A stretch of 64,000 nucleotides of DNA from Betaproteobacteria bacterium (GCA_947457885.1 CANGXU010000002.1:548-64547); one strand, 5' to 3'. Shown: positions 9,332 to 24,274, numbered from the stretch's first letter. The notes: generated by a model not told the origin, from the letters alone. Made by a program: numbers and translations.

Positions 9332-10278
9332 AGCACCAGACGCTCTGGTACGTGCGCCGCGATGGCAAGCTGCTCGGGCCCCACCCGCGGCAGGTGGTGG
9401 TCGACTGCCTGCTGCTGGGACGATTTTCATGGGACGATCCGGCGAGTCAGGATGGCCGCGTCTGGCAGCCCCTCAAGATGCATCCGGAAATCCTGTCCGC
9501 GATCGAGCCGCTGTCGCGCACCCGTGCGCCGGTGCCGGCGCCGGGTGAAGCGCTTCCGGTCAGCTGGCACAGCGAACGTCTTGCAGCGGCGCGGCGCTGG
9601 GCCGACGATCGCACGGGCATCGATCGTCGCACCGGAGAGGAAGCCAGGACTGCTGCCGGACTGGAAGCGGCCGGCGAGCGCCGGGCGTCCGACGAGCGGC
9701 GGCGGCAGCGCGAGCTGCTCCAGGTGGTGCTCTGGCGCCGGCTGCGGTGGAATCTCGCGCAGGCCTACGAGCGGTCGGCTTCGCCCCTGCCGTGGGCGAT
9801 CCTCGTCGTCGTCCTGGTGCTGGCTTTCGCGGCTGCCGCGTTGCTGCAGCGCTCGCCGGGCGCCATCGAGCTGTCGCTGGCCGCGCGCGCCGCGAACTGC
9901 AGTGCGCCTGCGGCGCCGGGCGTCAACTGGGCCGGGTGCGAACGTGGCGCTGCCTCGCTCGCCAGCGCACAACTGCAGTCCGCAAGGCTGTCCGGGGCGC
10001 GCTTTCCTGGTGCCGACCTGCGACGCGCCGACCTCGCCTATGCCGACCTGTCCGGCGCACAGTTGTCTGGCGCGCGGCTGCGTCAGGCCCGGCTTTTCGG
10101 TGCCAACCTCACTGGGGCCGACCTGGGGGCGGCCTCTCTCGAGGGATCTGATCTCGGCTTCGCCGACCTGCGCAATGCCCGGATAGACGGTACGCGTTTC
10201 GACGAGGCGCAGCTCGGCAATGCGATCTGGATCGACGGCCGCCGTTGTGCGCCTGCTTCGGTGGGTCGCTGCGACTGA
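9328..10278 (+). CDS. GYF_2-like N-domain / TM / pentapeptide-repeat protein
   Basis: WYVRRDGKLLGPHPRQVV..WDDPASQDGRVWQPL (GYF_2/DUF4339-like), TM helix WAILVVVLVLAFAAAALL, and C-terminal A(D/N)LxG pentapeptide repeats. The ATG overlaps the preceding stop (ATGA). Confidence 0.65.
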   Translation: MKHQTLWYVRRDGKLLGPHPRQVVVDCLLLGRFSWDDPASQDGRVWQPLKMHPEILSAIEPLSRTRAPVPAPGEALPVSWHSERLAAARRWADDRTGIDRRTGEEARTAAGLEAAGERRASDERRRQRELLQVVLWRRLRWNLAQAYERSASPLPWAILVVVLVLAFAAAALLQRSPGAIELSLAARAANCSAPAAPGVNWAGCERGAASLASAQLQSARLSGARFPGADLRRADLAYADLSGAQLSGARLRQARLFGANLTGADLGAASLEGSDLGFADLRNARIDGTRFDEAQLGNAIWIDGRRCAPASVGRCD

Positions 10279-10321
10279 CGCCAATGGTCCGATGCAGGCG
10301 TTGGACCGGTGCCGGGGTTGC

Positions 10322-10957
10322 CTATTGCGGGCGCGGCGCTGAACCTCCGGTGCCGAGCAGCGCCGAGACGCGGAGGCACACCTTCCGCAAGCCGCGCCAC
10401 AGCCGCGGCAACAGCCACAGCATGATCCCAACGAAAACGAGGAGCAGTGCGAGGAACGCTGCCGGATGGAACAGGGCCACCCACAGCCCGCCTATCACCA
10501 GCGCGTCCTCGGTGGTCGAGGCCGCCACGTTACTGAAGGGTTCGGGCGAAGTGTTGATCAGGGCACGGCTCGCAGCCTTCGTGAAGTGTGCGCCTGACGC
10601 GAGCGCGCCGCCGGACAACGCCGCTGCCAGCGTGACCCCGGCATCCTGCTGGCCGAGGGTGGCGGCCGCCAGCAGGGCCCCGGCCGGGATGCGGATGAAG
10701 GTATGGACCGCGTCCCACAGCGAATCGAGGCCGGGTACCTTGTCCGCGGCGAACTCGAGCATGCACAGCAGCCCGCTGACCGCGATCACCAGCGGATGGC
10801 CGAGCCACTGCAGCCCGCCAGGCAGATCGACGTATCCGAAGCGGCCGAGTGCCCCTGCGAAGAACAGCACCGCGTACAGGCGGATTCCGCTTGCCCAGGC
10901 GAGGCCCGAGGCAAGTGCGAGGGTTTCGATCAACTCGGGAGATCCCATGGCGGACAC
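10322..10957 (-). CDS. DUF4126-family inner membrane protein
   Basis: Polytopic membrane protein. ASGLAWASGIRLYAVLFFAG..EFAADKVPGLDSLWD resembles DUF4126. Confidence 0.6.
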   Translation of the reverse strand: MSAMGSPELIETLALASGLAWASGIRLYAVLFFAGALGRFGYVDLPGGLQWLGHPLVIAVSGLLCMLEFAADKVPGLDSLWDAVHTFIRIPAGALLAAATLGQQDAGVTLAAALSGGALASGAHFTKAASRALINTSPEPFSNVAASTTEDALVIGGLWVALFHPAAFLALLLVFVGIMLWLLPRLWRGLRKVCLRVSALLGTGGSAPRPQ

Positions 10958-10960
10958 CGG

Positions 10961-11791
10961 TCAGAATACGTGCCTGGTCAGGTTAGCATCATGCAGGATG
11001 GTCGAGGCGAGTTCCTCGATGGACTTGGCCGTCGCATCGAGGAACCGGATTCCGGCCTGGCGCATGAGGATCTCTGCTTCGCGGATCTCGTAGGCGCAGT
11101 TGTCGAGCGACGCGTACTGGCTGTCCGGCTTGCGCTCGGTGCGGATTCGGTGCAGGCGCTGGGGCGTTATCGTCAGGCCGTAGAGACGGTTTCGAAAACC
11201 GTGCAGGCTTTCCGGCAGGCCGCCCCCACGAGCGAAATCCTCGGGTATCAGCGGATAGTTCGCAGCGCGCACGCCGTACTGGAGCGCAAGGTAAAGGCAG
11301 GTTGGCGTTTTCCCGGAGCGGGAAACGCCGACCAGGATGATGTCCGCATCCTTGAAGTCGCGCGTCGAACTGCCATCGTCATGCATCAGGGAGTAGTTCA
11401 CGGCCTCGATCCGGCGGGTATAGCTGACCACGTCCTCGACGCTGTGCGTGCCGCCGACGCGATGGCTCGACTTGGTGCCCAGTTCGGCCTCGAGCGGCGC
11501 GATGAAGGTCTCGAAACAGTTGATCACCATTGCGTCGGTGGATGCGCGCAAGGCGCCCGCCAGTTCGTCGCGCACCAGCGTGCTGAACACGATCGGCCGT
11601 GCGCCGTCACGCTCGCCGGCCTCGTTGATCTGCCGGGCGAGGTGGCGCGTCTTCTCGATGCTGTCGATGAACGGTACCGTCACCTCGGAGAAAGCGACTT
11701 TGTCGAACTGGGTGAGCAGGCTGTGGCCCAGGGCCTCGACCGTGATGCCGGTGCGGTCGGACACGAAAAACGCGGTTCGGCGTGAGATCAT
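10961..11791 (-). CDS. ppsR: PEP synthetase regulatory protein (bifunctional kinase/pyrophosphorylase, DUF299)
   Basis: [25 protein letters not shown], the P-loop [15 protein letters not shown], and divergent placement from ppsA. Confidence 0.9.
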   Translation of the reverse strand: MISRRTAFFVSDRTGITVEALGHSLLTQFDKVAFSEVTVPFIDSIEKTRHLARQINEAGERDGARPIVFSTLVRDELAGALRASTDAMVINCFETFIAPLEAELGTKSSHRVGGTHSVEDVVSYTRRIEAVNYSLMHDDGSSTRDFKDADIILVGVSRSGKTPTCLYLALQYGVRAANYPLIPEDFARGGGLPESLHGFRNRLYGLTITPQRLHRIRTERKPDSQYASLDNCAYEIREAEILMRQAGIRFLDATAKSIEELASTILHDANLTRHVF

Positions 11792-11891
11792 CAATGTGGC
11801 GTCCGTAAGTGATCGGCTACCATACGACCTACGGGGTCCCGGCACAACAATCGTGGCTGGGCGGCAGTTCGTGCGGGAACAAGGGGTGGCC

Positions 11892-14282
11892 ATGGACAAG
11901 TACGTTGTCGACTTCGCGCATCTGCGCATGTCCGATGTGGGGCAGGTCGGGGGCAAGAATGCGTCGCTCGGCGAGATGATAAGCGGCCTTTCCCACTTGG
12001 GCGTGCGCGTGCCCGAGGGATTTGCCACGACCGCCGATGCGTACCGCGAGTTTCTCGCCCACGGGGGACTGGCCGCACGCATCGTCGAACGGATGAAGGG
12101 CCTCGACGTCGACGACACCAACGCGCTCGCCGCGGCGGGTGCCGAAATCCGCGGCTGGATCACCGCGGCGCCGCTGCCGGCGGCCCTGCATGCCGCGGTC
12201 GTGGAATCGTACGAGAAGATGATCGCTGCAGCGGGCCCGAACGCGTCGGTCGCGGTGCGCTCGTCCGCCACCGCCGAGGACCTGCCGGACGCGTCGTTCG
12301 CCGGCCAGCAGGAAACGTTCCTGAACATCCATGGTGCCGACAGCGTGATCGACGCGATGCGACAGGTGTTCGCTTCGCTCTACAACGACCGGGCGATTGC
12401 CTACCGCGTGCACAAGGGGTTCGAGCATGCCGAGGTTGCGCTGTCGGCGGGTATCCAGCGCATGGTGCGTTCCGACACCGGTGCGGCGGGCGTGATGTTC
12501 ACGCTCGACACCGAGTCCGGTTTCGACAAGGTGGTGTTCATTACCTCGTCGTACGGGCTGGGCGAGGCGGTGGTGCAGGGCGCAGTGAACCCTGACGAGT
12601 TCTATGTCTACAAGCCGTCGCTCGCGGCGGGGAAGGTGTCGATCATCCGGCGTTCGCTGGGCGGCAAGGCGATCAAGATGGTGTTCACCGAGTCGCGCGA
12701 AGCCGGCAGGTCGGTGAAGACGGTCGACGTGCGCGAGGGCGAGCGCCGGCGCTTCTCGATCACCGATTCCGAAGTCGAACAGCTGGCGCGCGACGCGATG
12801 AAGATCGAGGCGCACTATGGCCGGCCGATGGATATCGAGTGGGCGCGCGACGGCGAGGACGGCAAGCTCTACATCCTGCAGGCCCGCCCGGAAACGGTGA
12901 AGGCCAATGCCGAGGTGGACACGCTGCGCCGCTATCGCCTGAAGCAGAAGTCCGAACTGCTGACCTCCGGCCGCGCGATCGGGCAGAAGGTCGGCAGCGG
13001 CCCGGTGCGGCTGATCGCTTCGGCAAAGGAAATGGACAAGGTCCAGCCGGGCGACGTGCTGGTGACCGACATGACCGACCCCGACTGGGAGCCGGTGATG
13101 AAGCGTGCGTCGGCGATCGTTACCAACCGAGGCGGCCGTACCTGCCACGCCGCGATCATCGCGCGGGAACTGGGCATCCCGGCGGTGGTGGGCTGCGGCG
13201 ACGCCACCACGGTGCTTCACAACGGCGAGCTGGTGACCGTCTCGTGCACCGAGGGCGATACCGGCAATGTCTATCGCGGTATCCTCGAGACTGCGATCAG
13301 CGACGTGCCGCTCGACCGCATGCCAGAGCCGCCGGTCAAGATCAGCATGAACGTCGGTAACCCGGAGCTGGCCTTCGAGTTCCAGCGGCTGCCCAACGCC
13401 GGCGTGGGACTCGCGCGCCTCGAGTTCATCGTCGCGCGCATGATCGGAATCCACCCGAAGGCCTGTCTCGATTACCCGCACCTGCCGTCCGATCTCAAGC
13501 GCGCGGTCGAGGAGCGCTCCGCCGGCTACGCCAGTCCGCAAGAGTTCTATGTCGAGAAGATGGCCGAAGGCGTCGGCACGCTCGGCGCCGCGTTCTTCCC
13601 GAAGCCGGTCATCGTCCGCCTGTCCGATTTCAAGTCCAACGAATACTCCGGGCTGATCGGCGGGCCGAACTACGAGCCGCATGAAGAGAACCCGATGCTC
13701 GGTTTCCGTGGTGCCTCGCGCTATGTCGCACCCGGTTTCCGCGACTGCTTCGAGCTCGAATGCCGTGCGATGCGCAAGGTGCGCAACGAGATGGGCCTGA
13801 CCAACGTCGAGATCATGATCCCGTTCATCCGGACGCTCGACGAGTGCCGCAAGGTGATCGCGCTGCTGGCCGAGAACGGCCTCGAGCGGGGCAAGGATGG
13901 CCTGCGGCTGATCATGATGTGCGAGATACCGTCCAACGCGCTGCTCGCCGACGAGTTCCTGGAGTATTTCGACGGTTTCTCGATCGGCTCCAACGACATG
14001 ACCCAGCTCACGCTGGCGATCGACCGCGATTCCGGCGGCGCCATCTCGGAGTCCTTCGACGAGCGCGACCCGGCGGTGAAGAAGATGCTGTCGATGGCGA
14101 TCAAGGCGTGCCGCAAGCAGGGCAAGTACGTCGGCATCTGCGGGCAGGGTCCGTCCGACCATCCCGACCTTGCGCGTTGGCTGATGGAAGAAGGAATTGG
14201 CAGCCTTTCGCTGAATCCGGATACGGTAGTCGATACCTGGTTGTATCTGGCGCAGGAGGCAGCCAGGGCCGCGAAGTCCTGA
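11892..14282 (+). CDS. ppsA: phosphoenolpyruvate synthase
   Basis: [31 protein letters not shown] (phospho-His swivel domain) and [10 protein letters not shown] motifs. 796 aa. Confidence 0.95.
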   Translation: MDKYVVDFAHLRMSDVGQVGGKNASLGEMISGLSHLGVRVPEGFATTADAYREFLAHGGLAARIVERMKGLDVDDTNALAAAGAEIRGWITAAPLPAALHAAVVESYEKMIAAAGPNASVAVRSSATAEDLPDASFAGQQETFLNIHGADSVIDAMRQVFASLYNDRAIAYRVHKGFEHAEVALSAGIQRMVRSDTGAAGVMFTLDTESGFDKVVFITSSYGLGEAVVQGAVNPDEFYVYKPSLAAGKVSIIRRSLGGKAIKMVFTESREAGRSVKTVDVREGERRRFSITDSEVEQLARDAMKIEAHYGRPMDIEWARDGEDGKLYILQARPETVKANAEVDTLRRYRLKQKSELLTSGRAIGQKVGSGPVRLIASAKEMDKVQPGDVLVTDMTDPDWEPVMKRASAIVTNRGGRTCHAAIIARELGIPAVVGCGDATTVLHNGELVTVSCTEGDTGNVYRGILETAISDVPLDRMPEPPVKISMNVGNPELAFEFQRLPNAGVGLARLEFIVARMIGIHPKACLDYPHLPSDLKRAVEERSAGYASPQEFYVEKMAEGVGTLGAAFFPKPVIVRLSDFKSNEYSGLIGGPNYEPHEENPMLGFRGASRYVAPGFRDCFELECRAMRKVRNEMGLTNVEIMIPFIRTLDECRKVIALLAENGLERGKDGLRLIMMCEIPSNALLADEFLEYFDGFSIGSNDMTQLTLAIDRDSGGAISESFDERDPAVKKMLSMAIKACRKQGKYVGICGQGPSDHPDLARWLMEEGIGSLSLNPDTVVDTWLYLAQEAARAAKS

Positions 14283-14319
14283 TTGCGGCCGGTTCAGGCC
14301 CGCGGTGGCGCCCGTCGCG

Positions 14320-15129
14320 TCACGAGCGCCATTTTCCGGTGAGCCCGTCGATGGCGTCCAGGCCCTTCGTGACTGCGATCCCCAGGGCGGCGAGGACCAC
14401 CAGCACGGCGAACACGGTTTCGGTCTCGAGGACCTGTCCGGCAAGGTAGAGGCGGGCGCCGAGGCCCAGCTTTCCGACCACCATCTCCGCCGCCACCACC
14501 AGGATGATCGACACGCCCAGGCCGAGGCGGGCGCCAGCGAACACCGACGGGATGGCTGCCGGCAGCAGCACATGGCGCACGATCTGCCGCTCCGACGCAC
14601 CGAGGTCGCGCGCGGTGACTACCAGCCCCTGGTCGCACTGGCGCACCCCGAGCAGCGTGTTGATGATGACCGGAAAGAGGGCGCCCAGCGCGCTGATGGT
14701 CAGCATGAACGGGCCGCCGGTGCCGAGCCAGATGATCAGCAGCGGGATCAACGTGATCTTGGGCAGCGGGTAGAGGGCGGCGATGAACACGTCGGCGATC
14801 GATTGCAGCCTGCGCGACACCGACATCGCGAGCCCAATCGCCACACCGAACACCAGCCCGATCGCGAAGCCGCCGAAGATACGGTAGAGCGTGACCGCGA
14901 GATCGGTGAACGCCTGCTTGTGCAGGAACAGGTCGACCAGCGCGACGGCGATCTGGCTCGGCCGCGGCAGGTACAGCGACGAGACCTCGAACAGCCGGCA
15001 CAGGGCTTCCCACGCCAGAAGCACGACGGCCACTGCGATCCAGCCGGTCAGCCGGTCGGCGGGCGCAGCGCCGGTACGCACAGGGCGCAGTGGGGCGACA
15101 TCGCCCTCCGGGGTGCGGCTCTGCATCAT
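14320..15129 (-). CDS. ABC transporter permease (NitT/TauT family)
   Basis: Six-TM BPD-type permease with the EAA-like loop ARDLGASERQIVRHVLLPAAIP. Confidence 0.85.
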   Translation of the reverse strand: MMQSRTPEGDVAPLRPVRTGAAPADRLTGWIAVAVVLLAWEALCRLFEVSSLYLPRPSQIAVALVDLFLHKQAFTDLAVTLYRIFGGFAIGLVFGVAIGLAMSVSRRLQSIADVFIAALYPLPKITLIPLLIIWLGTGGPFMLTISALGALFPVIINTLLGVRQCDQGLVVTARDLGASERQIVRHVLLPAAIPSVFAGARLGLGVSIILVVAAEMVVGKLGLGARLYLAGQVLETETVFAVLVVLAALGIAVTKGLDAIDGLTGKWRS

Positions 15130-15977
15130 CCGGCCTCCGCCTCCCCATGCATCGAGCGCAGTACCTCGGACTTGAGAAGCCCGTAGATGCGTTCGAAGTA
15201 GCCGGCGTAGCGGGGGTCATGGGTGCTCGCGACCGATCGTGGCTTCGGCAGGTCGATGCGGACTTCAGCCGCCACGCGGCCCGGCCGGGCGGTCAGAACG
15301 TATACCGTGTCGGCCAGCAGCACGGCTTCCTCGATCGAATGGGTGATCAGAAGCACCGTCTTGCCGGTGCGTTCGACCATTGCCGCCAGTTGCTCCTGCA
15401 GCACCAGCCGGGTCTGCGCGTCGAGGGCGCCAAACGGCTCGTCGAGGAGAAGGACGTCCGGATCCATCACCAGTGCCCGGGCCATGCCGACCCGCTGGCG
15501 CATCCCGCCGGAGAGCTGGCCGGGATACTTGCGCTCGAAGCCGGCCAGATCGACCATCCGCAGGGCTTCCTTCGCGCGAGCACGGCGTTCGGGGGGCGGC
15601 ATGCCGGCCATCTCTAGCCCGAACGCCACGTTGTCCTCGACCGTGCGCCAGGGAAACAGGTTGAACGACTGCCAGACGGTCGCCATCCGTGGCGGGCGTG
15701 TCATCGTTTGGCCGTCGGGACCAACGAACGACAACGTCCCCCGGCTTGCCTGCATGAAGCCGCGGGTGATCTGAAGCATTGTACTCTTGCCACAGCCGCT
15801 CGGCCCGATGATCGCGGTGACCTCGCCAGCGGCGAACGTGCAGTCGAGGTTGTCCAGTGCGAGTACGGTAGAGCCGCCTGCTTCATAGACCAGACTGATG
15901 CCTTGCAGCCGGATCTCCGGATGCACGGCTCCGACGGTGTCGCCACTGACCCGCTTTCCGGCCTGCGTCGTGTTCAC
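15126..15977 (-). CDS. ABC transporter ATP-binding protein (NitT/TauT family)
   Basis: Walker A GPSGCGKST, signature LSGGMRQRVGMARAL, Walker B LLLDEPFGALD. It overlaps the permease by 4 nt. Confidence 0.9.
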   Translation of the reverse strand: MNTTQAGKRVSGDTVGAVHPEIRLQGISLVYEAGGSTVLALDNLDCTFAAGEVTAIIGPSGCGKSTMLQITRGFMQASRGTLSFVGPDGQTMTRPPRMATVWQSFNLFPWRTVEDNVAFGLEMAGMPPPERRARAKEALRMVDLAGFERKYPGQLSGGMRQRVGMARALVMDPDVLLLDEPFGALDAQTRLVLQEQLAAMVERTGKTVLLITHSIEEAVLLADTVYVLTARPGRVAAEVRIDLPKPRSVASTHDPRYAGYFERIYGLLKSEVLRSMHGEAEAG

Positions 15978-15980
15978 GGA

Positions 15981-17081
15981 TCAGGCCGTCAGGGGGTTCT
16001 TTTCCTTCAGGCGGTTGAATGCTTCCTGCGCCGCGCCCAGCTCGAACACCTGTTCGCGCGTGATCTTGCCGCTGAACAGCTTCATCGTGTCGCGCCAGAA
16101 TTCGGCCTGGTACATCGCGGAGTCGACGTTCGGCAGACCGTTCTCCGTAAACCAAGTCCAGCGCGGAGCGGCGGCCGAGACCAGTGCCTCAGGGACCTTG
16201 GTCGCCTCCGAGATGGTCCGGATCACGGCCGGATCTTTCGCCGCTGCCGCCTCGTTGAAGATGCGCGCCGCATGAAGGTGGACCATCGAGAAGCGCACCG
16301 CGAGCGAACGATCCTTGCCGAGCAGCTTTGCCGGCGCTGCGAAGCACGCGAGCTGCGTGCCGGGCTGGATGTCGGAGCCGGGGAAGGCGATCTTCCCGGT
16401 GTTGTTCTTCTCGGCAAGGAAGGCCAGCGGCACGGGGATATTCGCCGCGTCGACCTGCCCGGCGCCGAGCGCGCGCACCAGGTCAGGATAGGCGAGACCG
16501 GTGACCCAGTTCACGTCCGTCAGCGGATTGAGGCCTGCCTTCTGGACGCCCAGCCCGAGCAGAAACTGGTCGATGCCGCCCGGCGCCTGCAGCCCGAGGC
16601 GCTGTCCCTTGAGCATCGACATCCGTTCCGGCGTGGTCAGACCGGCGGCATGGAGCTTGTTGTTGACGACAATGGTCATCGAGCCGGAACCGGGCCGCTC
16701 CGAGCCCCGATCGAGCATGAACTTGAACGGCGCGCCGCGGGCGATCGTGTTGAAGATGCCGGCGTTGCAGGTCGCGACGGTGAAGTCGAGTTCCCCGGCG
16801 ACCAGGGCGGGCACGGCCAGTGCCCCATCGGTGAAGTAGCGGTACTCGGCTTCGATGTTCATCCGATCCCAGAAGCCGCGCGCCTGCGCGATGAACAACG
16901 GCCCGGAAGAAATCAGCGGAACCACGCCGATGCGGATCTTCGCACGCGGCGCCTGCGCCAGCACGTTGACGAACGGTGCGCCTGCGAGCACCGGCGTCAC
17001 GGCGGCGGCGGCTCCGGCCTTGAGCAGGGTACGGCGGATGCCCGGGTGCCGGGCGGCTTTGGCGTGCGGTGTGCGGGACAT
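15981..17081 (-). CDS. ABC transporter periplasmic substrate-binding protein with Tat-type signal (NMT1/SsuA-like)
   Basis: MSRTPHAKAARHPGIRRTLLKAGAAAAV signal region, in the operon with the ATPase and permease. Start chosen at the ATG inside longer ORF 15981..17162. Confidence 0.75.
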   Translation of the reverse strand: MSRTPHAKAARHPGIRRTLLKAGAAAAVTPVLAGAPFVNVLAQAPRAKIRIGVVPLISSGPLFIAQARGFWDRMNIEAEYRYFTDGALAVPALVAGELDFTVATCNAGIFNTIARGAPFKFMLDRGSERPGSGSMTIVVNNKLHAAGLTTPERMSMLKGQRLGLQAPGGIDQFLLGLGVQKAGLNPLTDVNWVTGLAYPDLVRALGAGQVDAANIPVPLAFLAEKNNTGKIAFPGSDIQPGTQLACFAAPAKLLGKDRSLAVRFSMVHLHAARIFNEAAAAKDPAVIRTISEATKVPEALVSAAAPRWTWFTENGLPNVDSAMYQAEFWRDTMKLFSGKITREQVFELGAAQEAFNRLKEKNPLTA

Positions 17082-17269
17082 GGACAGGCCTTTCGCGGTA
17101 GGGACGCGGTTGTGCGCGCCGCTGAGTATACTTTCTGCGCAGCAAACGTCGGCAGAGCGCACCGCCGCCGCCGAACCACCGCCAGAACGCCAGGAGCCCG
17201 TCAGTGCCCAGCCATACGAAACCGTACCAGGTCTCGCCGTCGAACCCGGACGTCCAGGAAATCCAGACG

Positions 17270-17695
17270 ATGCCCTCGCGCCGGGTCGACATGCCCTATG
17301 CGCCTGCGATGCGCGTGACCGGTGGCGCCGACCTGCTGTTCATTTCCGGCGCCACGCCATCGCCGCTGTACCACAAGCATCCGCACGAACTTCACGAGCA
17401 CGACCATCCGAACGACATCGGAGAGCAGACGCGGCGCGCGCTGTCGGCGATCAAGTCGATACTCGATCAGGAAGGGCTGGTGTGGACCGACATCGTGAAG
17501 GTCACCAAGTACGTGACCGACATGCGCGACATGGACGGCATGGTCGCAGTACTGAAGCAGACCTTTGGCGACTGGACGCCTGCCAGTACCACCGTCTGCG
17601 TGAACCAGCTGTCTACGCCAGGCGCGCGTATCGAGCTCGACATGATAGCGGCCTACCGCAAGACCTCCGCAGATCCGGCAAAACTCAAGACCTGA
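17270..17695 (+). CDS. RidA/YjgF/L-PSP family protein
   Basis: LFISGATP...IGEQTRRALSAIKSILDQEGLVWTDIVKVTKYV...RIELDMIA is typical of the RidA fold. An alternative GTG start at 17204 has an AGGAG RBS. Confidence 0.75.
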   Translation: MPSRRVDMPYAPAMRVTGGADLLFISGATPSPLYHKHPHELHEHDHPNDIGEQTRRALSAIKSILDQEGLVWTDIVKVTKYVTDMRDMDGMVAVLKQTFGDWTPASTTVCVNQLSTPGARIELDMIAAYRKTSADPAKLKT

Positions 17696-17744
17696 CCCCC
17701 GGAACGAAGACCTGACCCCCGGAACGGACCGGCCCCCCCCCCCC
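17687..17744. repeat. perfect 2x20-bp tandem duplication (AAGACCTGACCCCCGGAACG) followed by a C12 homopolymer
   Basis: Copy 1 is 17687..17706 and contains the ridA stop codon. Copy 2 is 17707..17726. The C12 run is 17733..17744. Confidence 0.9.
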
Positions 17745-17756
17745 GGACCCCAGTCG

Positions 17757-17782
17757 CCGGGACGGCGCGACCGCCGTCCCGG
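17757..17782. terminator. GC-rich 11-bp hairpin between convergent ridA and pckG (possible bidirectional terminator)
   Basis: CCGGGACGGCG-cgac-CGCCGTCCCGG is a perfect inverted repeat. There is no clear U-tract on either strand. Confidence 0.35.
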
Positions 17783-17791
17783 TACGGGTCT

Positions 17792-19642
17792 TCAGGCCGC
17801 GTCGCGCCAGAGGTCGAGCTTCATCAGCTCGCGCTTGAGCACCATCTCCCTCGGCAGCCGAGCCTTCAACTGCTCGAACAGTTCGCCGTGGGACTCTACT
17901 TCCTTCTTCCAGAGTTCCGCGTCGACGCGGGTCAGCTGCTCGAACTGCTCGCGGCTGATATCCATGCCGCGGAAGTCCATGTCGTCGAAACGGGGGATCC
18001 AGCCCAGAGCGGTCTCGACTGCGCCGACGGTACCCATCGTGCGCTGGACGATCCACTTCAGCACGCGCATGTTCTCGCCGAAGCCTGGCCAGATGAACCG
18101 GCCCTGCTCGTCGCGCAGGAACCAGTTCACGCAGTAGATCTTCGGCGGCTGGCTGATCGTGTGCCCGATGCGCAGCCAGTGGTTGAAGTAGTCGCCGAAG
18201 TGGTAGCCGCAGAACGGCAGCATCGCGAACGGATCGCGGCGCACGATGCCCACGGCACCCGTGGCTGCAGCCGTGGTCTCGGAGCCCATGGTCGCTGCCA
18301 TGTACACGCCGTAGTTCCAGTTGAAGCCCTCGGCAACCAGCGGCACGGTATCGTTGCGACGGCCTCCGAACACGAAAGCGCTGATCGGTACCCCGTTCGG
18401 GTTGTCGTATTCGGGATCGAGGGTCGCGCAGCGCTCGGCGGCGACGGTGAAGCGCGAGTTCGGGTGCGCAGCCAGCCGGCCGCAATCCGGGGTCCAGGGC
18501 TTGCCCTGCCAGTCGGTCAGTTCGCTCGGCGGGGTGCGGGTCATGCCCTCCCACCAGACGTCGCCATCGGCGGTCAGTGCGACGTTGGTGAAGATCGTAT
18601 CCGCGTCCAGCATGCCCAGTGCGGTGGCGTTGGTGTCGGGACCGGTGCCCGGCGCGACGCCGAAATAGCCCGCCTCGGGGTTGATCGCATACAACTGGCC
18701 GTCCTTGCCGGGCTTGATCCAGGCGATGTCCTCGCCGACGGTGGTGACTTTCCAGTCATCCATCCCCTTCGGCGGAATCAGCATGGCCAGGTTGGTCTTG
18801 CCGCAGGCGCTCGGGAACGCGGCGGCTACGTAGCGCTTCTCGCCCGTCGGCGCGGTGATGCCGAGGATCAGCATGTGTTCCGCCAGCCAGCCCTGTTCCT
18901 TCGCCATGATCGAGGCGATGCGCAGCGCGAAGCACTTCTTGCCCAGCAGCGCATTGCCGCCATAGCCGCTGCCGAACGACCAGATTTCCTTCGTCTCGGG
19001 GTAGTGGACGATGTACTTGTGTTCGCGGTTGCTCGGCCAGGCGATGTCCTTCTCGCCCGCCTTCAGCGGCATGCCGACCGAATGGATGCAGGGCACGAAC
19101 TCGCCGTCGCTGCCGAGCACGTCATAAACCTTCTCGCCCATGCGGGTCATGATGCGCATCGACACCACGACATACGGTGAATCCGACAGCTCGACGCCGA
19201 TGTGCGCGATGTGCGACCCGAGCGGACCCATGCTGAACGGAATCACGTACATCGTGCGGCCGCGCATGCACCCCTTGAACAGGCCACCCAGGGTCGCGCG
19301 CATCTCGGCGGGCGCCACCCAGTTGTTGTTGGGGCCTGCATCGTCCTGGTCTTCGGTGCAGACGAAGGTACGGTCTTCCATCCGCGCGACGTCGGCCGGA
19401 TCCGAGCGCACGAGGAAGCTGTTCGGCCGCTTCTGCTGGTTCAGCCGGATCATCGAGCCGCCGTCGATCATTTCCTGGCAAAGCCGGTCGTACTCTTCCT
19501 TCGACCCGTCGCACCAGTAGATGCTGTCGGGTTCGCACAAGGCCGCCATTTCGCGGACCCATTCCACCAGCCGGGCGTGTTTGATGTAGGCGGGCTTGCC
19601 CGACCGGCTGATCAGTTCTGCTGCTGCATCTGGATGGCTCAT
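17792..19642 (-). CDS. pckG: phosphoenolpyruvate carboxykinase (GTP)
   Basis: [28 protein letters not shown] (kinase-1a P-loop), [24 protein letters not shown]. Start ATG at 19642 inside the longer ORF. Confidence 0.95.
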   Translation of the reverse strand: MSHPDAAAELISRSGKPAYIKHARLVEWVREMAALCEPDSIYWCDGSKEEYDRLCQEMIDGGSMIRLNQQKRPNSFLVRSDPADVARMEDRTFVCTEDQDDAGPNNNWVAPAEMRATLGGLFKGCMRGRTMYVIPFSMGPLGSHIAHIGVELSDSPYVVVSMRIMTRMGEKVYDVLGSDGEFVPCIHSVGMPLKAGEKDIAWPSNREHKYIVHYPETKEIWSFGSGYGGNALLGKKCFALRIASIMAKEQGWLAEHMLILGITAPTGEKRYVAAAFPSACGKTNLAMLIPPKGMDDWKVTTVGEDIAWIKPGKDGQLYAINPEAGYFGVAPGTGPDTNATALGMLDADTIFTNVALTADGDVWWEGMTRTPPSELTDWQGKPWTPDCGRLAAHPNSRFTVAAERCATLDPEYDNPNGVPISAFVFGGRRNDTVPLVAEGFNWNYGVYMAATMGSETTAAATGAVGIVRRDPFAMLPFCGYHFGDYFNHWLRIGHTISQPPKIYCVNWFLRDEQGRFIWPGFGENMRVLKWIVQRTMGTVGAVETALGWIPRFDDMDFRGMDISREQFEQLTRVDAELWKKEVESHGELFEQLKARLPREMVLKRELMKLDLWRDAA

Positions 19643-19877
19643 TGCTGCTCTCCTCGAGGTAATGCGGTTCCGCGCGCCTGCCGGGCCCGAGCGACGCCGC
19701 TGCCGTGCGGCAGCGGCGGAGGGTGAAACGAAAAAACAGGGCGCGAAAATACCCGTTTTCGAACCGGGTTGTTGCGCAATTTTGACACAACCCGGCGTGT
19801 CTGCCTCCGGCGGGGGCATCCTGCGCGTGCGAAGCGCATTCCCGGCGGGATTGTCGGCAACTTGCTGTCGAGTTCGT

Positions 19878-23793
<3,916 letters not shown>

Positions 23794-23851
23794 CGCTCGA
23801 CTGCCGCCCCCGGCCGCACGGGGCGGCGTTTTCCCGCATCGGGGACCAACG

Positions 23852-24193
23852 ATGAGACTGCTCAGCCTCGGGCTCGCCATGCTTATTGTCCTTCTGCAGG
23901 TGCCGCTCTGGATCGGCAAGGGCAGCTGGCTGCGGGTCTGGGAAGTCGATCGCCAGCTGGTGGCCCAGCGCGAGGTGAACGGGCGCCTGCTGCATCGTAA
24001 CGAGGCGCTCGACGCGGAAGTCCGCGATCTGAAGACCGGGTACGAGGCGATCGAGGAGCGGGCGCGCGCCGAACTCGGCATGATCCGGCAGGATGAATCG
24101 TTCATTCAGGTCCTGGGCGGTGATCCGGCGCCCGTGCCGCGCCCGGCGAGTCCCGGCAAGGGACTTCTGACCCCACCGACAGGGTCCCGCTGA
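23852..24193 (+). CDS. ftsB: cell division protein FtsB
   Basis: N-terminal TM plus coiled coil ([29 protein letters not shown]), in the conserved eno-ftsB position. Confidence 0.85.
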   Translation: MRLLSLGLAMLIVLLQVPLWIGKGSWLRVWEVDRQLVAQREVNGRLLHRNEALDAEVRDLKTGYEAIEERARAELGMIRQDESFIQVLGGDPAPVPRPASPGKGLLTPPTGSR

Positions 24194-24274
24194 CGTTGGA
24201 ATGATGTAGTTTCGAGGCGCGCCGGGCCGTCTTTCGTCCGCCGTGCGCCTTTCCGACAGTTGCTGCCGGCCCGC

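Noticed and set aside
11829-14600. 923-aa minus-strand ORF
   Set aside because: It is antisense to ppsA, an unambiguous PEP synthase, and has no motifs, so it is a shadow ORF. The same reasoning applies to 2136..3866(-), 4114..5694(-), 19900..21585(-), 21315..22676(-), 22624..24105(-), 24486..25961(-), 26795..28372(-), 28194..29969(-), 42873..44981(-), 48423..49995(+) and similar entries.
17733-17744. C12 tract as a phase-variation switch controlling a gene
   Set aside because: It lies between two convergent stop codons, so length changes cannot shift a reading frame or a promoter spacer. At most it affects termination, or it is an assembly artefact.
19770-19790. TTGCGCAA palindrome preceded by GTTGTT in the pckG/pyrG intergenic region, and again near 63549..63556 upstream of phoD/yeeE, as a shared operator
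   Set aside because: There are only two occurrences of an 8-mer and the flanks match only weakly. I have no known regulator to assign, and chance cannot be excluded without a genome-wide count.
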